This document shows, piece after piece, positions 56,456 through 64,000 of a DNA stretch of 64,000 bases. The stretch is taken from positions 7,933,962-7,997,961 of the forward strand of contig CAVNZM010000007.1 of assembly GCA_963693365.1 (NCBI GenBank), written 5' to 3'. A model generated the notes under the pieces. The model had not been told where the DNA came from. It saw only the letters and a program-made list of their open reading frames with translations, and did no database searches. Within the stretch, counting starts at the first letter, position 1. Every line of letters starts with the position of its first letter. The position numbers and the translations under genes were made by a program. The DNA comes from Amoebidium appalachense (Eukaryota; Protista; Ichthyosporea).

Positions 56456-58252
56456 TTACTTCTTCTCGCTGTCAACACCGTTGGTGCTCTCAAGGGCCAT
56501 GTCGGTGGCCTCCTCCTCGTCATACTTAGAATGGAACTGGTCAGGGAACAGAGGATCCGTCAGGCGGGCCTTGGGCAGAAGCACAAAGGTGGCGGGGATG
56601 GTGATGAGGGGCACAATGATGTGGCAGATAGCAATGAGCAGGGCAAGGTTGTCGTACGTGCAGGGACCGTTCTGCTTCATGCTGATGCCGAACACGGGGA
56701 TGAGGAAGGTACCGACGGCCTTGGCCACCTGACTGCCGAAGTTGGAGAAGCCGGCAAGCAGGGCATAGAGGGTGGACTCGAGACCCTTGGGGCACAGCTT
56801 GGAGATCAGCACGACACCGGGCATGAAGTGGAGCATATCGACGACGGTGGCCACAATGTTGTTGCCCAGCATGTACATCACCTTGTCGGGGATGCCAATG
56901 GCCGTGTTCCAGCGCTTAACCATGATGATGTCCACCATGGCAGCAACACACTGCAGCACAGTGCTGACCCAGAAGCAGGGGCGGAACTCCCACTCGGACA
57001 TGACGGCCTGGAAGAGGGTCACACCGAGGAAGCCGCAGCGAGACGAGATGGTACCAGACAAGGAGATATAGTAGGACTGGCTGAACTGGGGGCCATCCTC
57101 ACCAGTGCATTTGGCAGAGCCGCTGTAGAAGATATCGAGGGGACCGCCGATTGAGAGGTAGCAGGCGGGGCCGAGGAACTTGAAGATGAGGGCGTTGGCA
57201 ACGACCTTGGGGAGGGCCCAGTAGGCAAAAAAGGTCATGACTGTGACAATGAAGGCAACGTAGATCATCACGGGCACTTGAGTCATGGCACCGGTGAGCT
57301 GCAGGTTGGGAATAATCACACGGCGGTTGATGAGACTGAAGGCAGACAGCGACAGGGCACCAAGACCCATGACGATGGCCAGGATGAAGATGCGGCGATG
57401 CTTGTTCCACTTGGCGGTCTGGAAGCCACGCAGGTGGTGGGGCAGAGGGGTCTCGCCCAGAAAGTTGAGAAGGATGGGGACGGCAATCTGCACGGCAAAG
57501 GGGGCGCCAGCAAGGAACATGCCCTTCAGGTACCAGGCGTTTTCGGTTTCGTCATACTTGTCAGAGAGGGGACCGACCGTCCAAGTGGCCAGCAGACCGC
57601 CGATGAAGTAGGTGGTCCACACGATGGTGACAATGTCGGACGAGGTCTCGGGGTTCTTGACCATCAGCTCGGCATAGCGGCCCTCAACCAGAAGGTCGAC
57701 CAGGGCCGTCTCGAAGTGGCCAAGGAAGAACATGATGGCAGCAACGTAGGCCAAGTCCTTGGGGATGTCCCAGAGACCAAGCACGAGGAAGCAAATACTA
57801 CCGAACAGAGCGAACCCAACGAGGTAGTACTTCTTGAGGTAGCCGCGGATGGGCATTGTGTCAGACACGAAACCCATCAGAGCCTTCATTGACCAAGGAG
57901 TAGTAGCAATCAAGCCGTAAATCTGATAGTCAACACTGTCCACCTGCATGTGCATGAGGAAGTAGGGGAGCTGACCGTAACCAAGCAGTGCGTAGAGGAA
58001 ACCCTTGATGCCGAAGTAGGCGGAGCAGAGGACGACAACAAAGCGCCAGCCGAACTGGTCCAGCACTCTCACCCAGTACATCTTTGTGTAGTGGATGGGC
58101 GCCATTAGGCGCTCGCCAATGGTGGGGTTGTCGGGCAGCACATAGTACCACTCGGGGTGGTCGCGCTTGAACTGCTCGAACCGGGCTGCGCCATCGTCGA
58201 CAACAGGGGTCTCGTTGACCGCAATCTTGGTCTTAGACTGCGTGCCCGACAT
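56456..58252 (-). CDS. BT1 family folate-biopterin transporter (MFS), copy 2, 598 aa, intronless
   Basis: Inverted near-identical copy of 38734-40530, with 15 aa differences by manual comparison. Confidence 0.9.
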   Translation of the reverse strand: MSGTQSKTKIAVNETPVVDDGAARFEQFKRDHPEWYYVLPDNPTIGERLMAPIHYTKMYWVRVLDQFGWRFVVVLCSAYFGIKGFLYALLGYGQLPYFLMHMQVDSVDYQIYGLIATTPWSMKALMGFVSDTMPIRGYLKKYYLVGFALFGSICFLVLGLWDIPKDLAYVAAIMFFLGHFETALVDLLVEGRYAELMVKNPETSSDIVTIVWTTYFIGGLLATWTVGPLSDKYDETENAWYLKGMFLAGAPFAVQIAVPILLNFLGETPLPHHLRGFQTAKWNKHRRIFILAIVMGLGALSLSAFSLINRRVIIPNLQLTGAMTQVPVMIYVAFIVTVMTFFAYWALPKVVANALIFKFLGPACYLSIGGPLDIFYSGSAKCTGEDGPQFSQSYYISLSGTISSRCGFLGVTLFQAVMSEWEFRPCFWVSTVLQCVAAMVDIIMVKRWNTAIGIPDKVMYMLGNNIVATVVDMLHFMPGVVLISKLCPKGLESTLYALLAGFSNFGSQVAKAVGTFLIPVFGISMKQNGPCTYDNLALLIAICHIIVPLITIPATFVLLPKARLTDPLFPDQFHSKYDEEEATDMALESTNGVDSEKK

Positions 58253-58870
58253 TTCTGTTGTTGGTGGGGGAACACGGGCCTACTGTGTGCGTTTGTAGTA
58301 GCGCGCACCGGCAGTGTGAGGTCTGTTAGGCATAACTTCGGGTTTTATATTTGCAGCGAGCTGTTGCAGGTTAGGCGGTTTTGCCATAGATCCTCGAGCT
58401 CAGCGCAAAACGTTTGCATTACAGTATATCATTATTTTTTGTGTCTTTTTCTGTCAGAGGCCGACTACAAGTTGTACAACTATAGCGCCTCTTTATAACA
58501 AACCGTTTTAACTAGCGTATTTGTTGATAAAGTTGAAATGTGACGCGTAGGCTACTTGCATCATTTTCCGATGTGCACAGCTGCCACTCAATTTCAACTT
58601 TCAAGATTCGAAAAAGTTTTGCCACTACACAGATCTTGGATCTCTTAGAGTGGGGTAAAAGATTTGTGTATGCTGTGATTGGTTTATACAACCAAGTAGA
58701 ATCTTGCCCACTTTTCTTTGGAAAATCTCTTCTTTTAAATGGTCTTATCGTAAAAAGTATGATCGCGGGCCGGCGCAAACATTGTCAGGCAAAAAAATAG
58801 AGATGAGAATGTGTACCCTGCAACGGCCGGTTTGGTCACATAGCTTTCAAAAAGCGTGCAAATGGAACGC

Positions 58871-58888
58871 GAATTCGCGAATTCGAAT
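58871..58888. promoter_or_regulatory. Palindromic motif GAATTCGCGAATTC(GAAT) upstream of BT1 copy 2
   Basis: Same 18-mer as 38206, ~620 bp upstream of ATG 58252, next to a CCAAT box (TGATTGGTC at 58911). Confidence 0.4.
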
Positions 58889-60412
58889 GATGCATCATAA
58901 GTTTTGGTTATGATTGGTCGACGGATTTTTTGTGTTGCCAAACTCAGATCCAAAATAGGTCTTGGGCTCTGAGTTGTGGCGTTCGCGTGCACACGTGCAA
59001 TATAGGTAGAAATGTATGTACGTACGCGTGCACACGTGCAATGTAGGTAGAGATGTATACATACAAGAATCCATTTAGAACGAGATATGTACTATTGACG
59101 TATAGATTCCCAGTCAGAATTCTAGACATTATAGCCATTTACGTTTCCCAATCATGATCATGCCGCATGGCATACACGGCATTATTATGTGTACATTTGT
59201 TTTGTACCATCAATGTTAGCATTGAGCTGATGGAGTTTAGTAGGGCCCCACACAACAGATCCATCATAGTCATAGGGTTTAGTGTGCACGAGCGAGTGTA
59301 CGCTACGTAAGGTAGCGCCATCGAGGAATAAAATAACGCCACGAGAAATATATGGTGCACAGTCGCCCACATACATATGTATTGCGCACATAGGATACTC
59401 GGCATAATATACGAAGTTGAGGCTACGAGTGCCAGTAGCAAGTAGAAAGTAGTGAGCCACATGAACATGACGATGCTGGGAGAATCACACGCGTGCTCAC
59501 AATCGAAACGTCAACAACAGCTGAGCGGGCAACATATACACGTGAGAGCGTCCATAACTTATTGGCACAAAAAAACATTGGCACGATCTGTGGCTTAATA
59601 TGTGGCGATATTTCGCCTCGCTGCATCACCTCTTACGCGCGAATTGAGGGAGTATCCTGTGATGGGAATGGAAAACAGAGTTAATTGATATAAGTACGGG
59701 TGTAATTTACGCCGTTATTAGGAAGGCGGGGGTGGAGCGGGGGTACGGGGGACGGGGGGGGGGGGGGGGGGGGGAGGGGGGGAGGGGGGCGTGGGGGTTG
59801 TGTGTGTGTGTGGGGGGGGGGGGGGGGGGGGGGGGGAGGGGGGGGGGGAGGTATATTATAAACGGGGGGGGGGGGGGGGAGGGAGGGAGGGGACGGGTTG
59901 GGCAATGAGGCCTTTTTTTTAACAAACCCCCCCTCCTTCCCTCTCCCCCCTTCCCCTCCCCCCCCTCCCCCCTCCCCCCAACCACCACCACCACCACCAC
60001 CACCACCACCACCACCACCACCGCCCCCCCACCACCACCATCACCATCACCAGCACCAGCACCACCACCCACCACCACCCACCCATCTGGATTCTTTGGG
60101 CCCGGAGGTGACAATACCAATTAGATCACGTCTCTTATATTTTATCACGTTTTGTTTCGGAAGCCTTAGGGGCCCCTAGCTAGGCAGCTCTCAGAGGAAT
60201 TACCGTATTCCACCCAGCACCGACTATTCAAGCTGGGGTTCTACGGTGCCATTAGCTAACTTAAAGCTAACACACCGTACCAATACTAACTATTTGTACA
60301 CTGTGACACTTAGCCCAAAATTTTCACCCCAACCTCACCGTGGGTAGTGTTGGAAGCTCAGTAACAAGTCGAGGGCTCCGGTTCGAGGGTTGGAGGCTTT
60401 TTTTTTTTCCTT

Positions 60413-60460
<48 letters not shown>

Positions 60461-60637
60461 CGTTGGGGGTTGGGGGAGGGGGGAGGGGGGGTTGCAATCG
60501 AAGTCGTTCCTCACCCAGTATCCAAACGCAATCATAACTTAACTTATGACACTGTATTACAGGAAAAAACATGAGTGTGTGCGTGTGCGCGTGCGCACGT
60601 GTGTGCGTGCGTACATGTGGCGTGCGTACATGTGTCA

Positions 60638-60729
<92 letters not shown>

Positions 60730-60821
60730 TTTTCTGCTTTATCATAGACTTAAACCGAAGTTAGGTAGCTAAGGAAAATGCGTGACTACCCCCCCCCCCC
60801 CCCCCCCCCCCCTCCCCCCCC

Positions 60822-60857
<36 letters not shown>

Positions 60858-61159
60858 TCCGCCCTCCCCCCCCCCTCATTTCCTCGCACCATTTCAAAGG
60901 TGCTTGCACCTAGTCACCTGGTCGCACACGTGCACAGCCACGATAGTGCGCACACAAATCACCGAACACGCCTTTCGGGCACCCTTCCCCATACACTGCA
61001 TAAGTAGCTAATGCCATATATGAAACGAAAAATTGGTATACAGGGGTGGTTCACTAATAAAATTGCTCTTACACTATTAAACAGTGCTCATCATTTTTAT
61101 AATTGCTTTTCACTTTCAAATTTGCTCCTCACTATTAGAAATGCTTGTGTTATTCGTAG

Positions 61160-63281
61160 AAGGTTGCACAAAGGACGCATGTGGGCAGTGTTGAAAGTGT
61201 AGTATAGATTAATTGTGATACCGGTACGTGTTTCCCCATGCCTTCTCCTATATTCCTGCTTAACACTTTCAGCCAGAGCACCTTTGTTACGAATTGAAAC
61301 AACCAACTACGCAATACAGCAAAGTTATAAACAATGCTCGTGGCACTAATAAAATTGCTCACTTATCAAACCTAGTTTCACTGTACAAGTTGACCAACTA
61401 AGGGTGGGGTGGGGACGGGTGGAGGGGGGGAGGAGTCCCTATCCTTCTGGGTGCACAAAAAAAGCATGTTGCAGAATCCAGCAGTTTTCTGCAAAAAAAA
61501 AAAAGAGCCGAAGAGTGTGCCTGTTCTCCCATACAAGACGAAAAGAATTACCGAGTGGTGTTTGCCAAAGTCAGTCTGAGACAGACTCGGAGTGAGTGAG
61601 TGTGTGTGTGTGTGCGTGTGTGTGCGAGTTGGATGCAAGTACGACACGTAACACATTCCGTCGAAACGAATGCACCTTTTTGTGCGTGTGTGCGTGTGTG
61701 CATGTGTGCACATCTCTTTCTTTTTTTTTTTGGGGGGGGGGGGGGAGGAGGGGGGGGGGGGGAGGGAGCAGAGGAATGGTTAGGATAACGAACCTAATAT
61801 ATGTAGACTCTACCCCCGATTTACATTTAACGTATTTGTGAACCACCCGTGTGCTGGCCTGGGGTGGTTCAAAAGGCTTAAGGTAGCTGGAACCATGGAA
61901 TTGCGACGATCGGTCTCCGGACCAAATTCATATGAAAAGCAGGTTTACATCGAGAGCAAAAAGGTACACCAATTATGCGCTAGAGCTATAATTTTTGCAT
62001 AATAATTATGTAAATAGTGTTTTCTTCAAATGTTCAGTACAGAAAAATTATAACTCAATTGGTTCATCGTCAGCGACCGAAAAACCAACTGCACCAAATC
62101 TGGTACGTTTTGGTGCTATTTTTAAAATCATAGGTGCCTTGACGGGGGGAGGGGGGGGGGGGGGGGGGGGGGGGGGCAGCTTTGTGCGCATGGTTGGGAA
62201 TACAGTCATCTATTACCACTGGTAGTGGTGGTGATGTGTGCACGTTTTGGTGGGATAAGTAACGAATGATAATGTGATGATACGGAAGGAGGTGGGCGGG
62301 AGGTGGTGGTGGTGGGGGGGGGGAGGGACGGAATCTGGAACTGCCAATTCGACGGTCTTAAATTTACGAACAAGATGGACCAAGGATGAACTTTTCACTG
62401 TTAATGGTTAATCAGGTTGTGGTCGAGAAGGAAAAAGGAAAGGGGGGAGAAAGGGAGGGGGTGGGGAGGTGGGGCGGAGGTGGGGGGGGTGGGGGGTGGG
62501 GGGGGGCAGGAGAGAGGGAGATCCCATAACATTCCTGCCCTCCCCCCCATTCACCCTCTCTCTCTCCCCTCCATCCCCACCTACCGATTGTTCCCTCCCA
62601 GCCCCCTCCCCTCCCCCCCCCCCCCCCCCCCCCCCCCCCTCCCTGCCCCAACCACCACCACCACCATCACTCACCCACCCATCCACCCATCCACCCACCC
62701 ACCCTCCCCTCCCCATCCCTCCCCCCTCCTCCTCACACACAAACACACATCCAACCACCCATCCAATCACGCCCCGCTCCCTCACCACCACCACCACTAC
62801 CAACCAATAATAACCAGCCATCCCATTCATCTCTTACAGCCGGAGATTTGTGACAGTAAATGCTGCTTTCCCCCCCCCCCCCCCCTCCCCCCTCCCTCCC
62901 TCCCTCCCTCCCTCCCTCCCTCCTCCCCCCTTCCCCCCCCCCCCCCTCCCTCCCAACCCCCGCCGCCGCCATTCACGCACACGCACTTACCCACGACCAC
63001 CAATCAATAATGGTTGCCGTCCCTCCTTGTTGCTCACATAAGTTGCCTCTTGCTCTCTCCTCCCCCTGCCAGGCAGCCCATCACTATTTTCCATCTAGTC
63101 CATATCTACCCCCAAGCATTACACACGGTGGGCAATCCTCTTAGGCTCAGCTCCCCCCTCCTCCCCCGCCCCCGCCCTCCGTCCACCTCCCTCCTCCCCC
63201 GTTTTCCTCTACCCCACGCTCCTCCTCGCTCCCCCTCCAACCCCCCCACCCCCTTCCCCCCTCCCCCCTTCCCCCCCCCCC

Positions 63282-63313
<32 letters not shown>

Positions 63314-63346
63314 ACCACCACCCCTGTTACTTTCGAGCAAAGCCAA

Positions 63347-63392
<46 letters not shown>

Positions 63393-63705
63393 CCCCGGTG
63401 ATCATTATTCCACCCCCAATCACACCAACCAACCCCCTCCCCCCCTCCCCCCCTCCCCCCCCCCCCAAAAAAAAATAACTCAACCTCTTCCCATCCCCCC
63501 TCCCCCTCCCCCCCCCCCCCCCCGGCCTCCCCCCTCCCCCCCCCCCCCCCCCCCCCCCTTCTCCTTCCACTGCCTCCCTCAACCCGCCCTCCCTCCTTCC
63601 CGCAACCTCATCACAGGGTGAGTAATTAACGTAGCCAAACCCTGCCCGTCTCCTTGGCACCGACCGAACCATTACTACTGGGTCTGTTCCATATATAGCT
63701 CCTAA
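61160..63705 (+). pseudogene. Probable decayed receptor-type protein kinase (TK/TKL-like) pseudogene
   Basis: Exon-like islands in the expected order: Cys-rich GCTKDACGQC*KC (61160), AGLGWFKRLK (end of TM, ~61853), WNCQFDGLKFTNKMDQG* (62336; cf. WEIDFDELKFGEKIGQG, subdomain I), AAHHYFPSSPYLPPSITH (63073; VIa-like), and VS..VAK...TTGSVPYIAP then GTGAG (63618-63705; VII-VIII-like). Stops and frameshifts throughout. Confidence 0.45.
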
Positions 63706-64000
63706 GTGAGTTTCTCTTGCAGTCGCATGCAACCCCCCACCCCCTCCTCTCCCCCAGACCCCCCCTCCAACCCTCAACCACCTAGCCCCTCCCCCCTCCT
63801 TCCCCTTTCCAAAAAGACACTTCCTGCACCCACTAACCATACATATATGACTGCCTTTGTCCCCCCCCCTCCCCCCACGCCCCCCCCCCCCCCTTCCTCC
63901 CAAAAACCCACAAGCCAACCATAACAACGGTCCCATCTCCTCATGTGTTCTGCCCGCCACCCTCTCCCCCCCTTCTCCCCCCCCCCCCCCCCCCCCTCCC

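Noticed and set aside
59139-59468. Hydrophobic 109-aa minus-strand ORF upstream of BT1 copy 2
   Set aside because: No recognisable motif and no codon bias like the real genes.

Overview
Eukaryotic genomic DNA, probably from a protist; the taxon cannot be fixed from sequence alone. It has GT-AG introns, and introns and intergenic DNA are packed with poly-G/C, poly-A and (CA)n/(GA)n tracts. Supported content: (1) the 5' exons of an FAD-dependent oxidoreductase; (2) a 5-exon, ~3,660-aa secreted protein made of ~57 six-Cys VWC/pacifastin-like modules on Pro/Thr mucin linkers; (3) a divergent pair of paralogous small secreted Cys-rich proteins; (4) two near-identical, intronless, convergent BT1 (folate-biopterin) MFS transporter genes; (5) between them, a young full-length Ty1/copia LTR retrotransposon with 765-bp LTRs, GTACA TSD and a half-tRNAiMet PBS; (6) two TIR miniature elements with internal tandem repeats; (7) minisatellites; (8) decayed multi-exon gene relics, including a probable receptor kinase pseudogene near the right end. 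The best novelty candidate is the giant mucin carrying pacifastin-type inhibitor loops next to the small Cys-rich protein pair, possibly a secreted coat, adhesion or defence locus. All comparisons were made by eye; no database searches were run.
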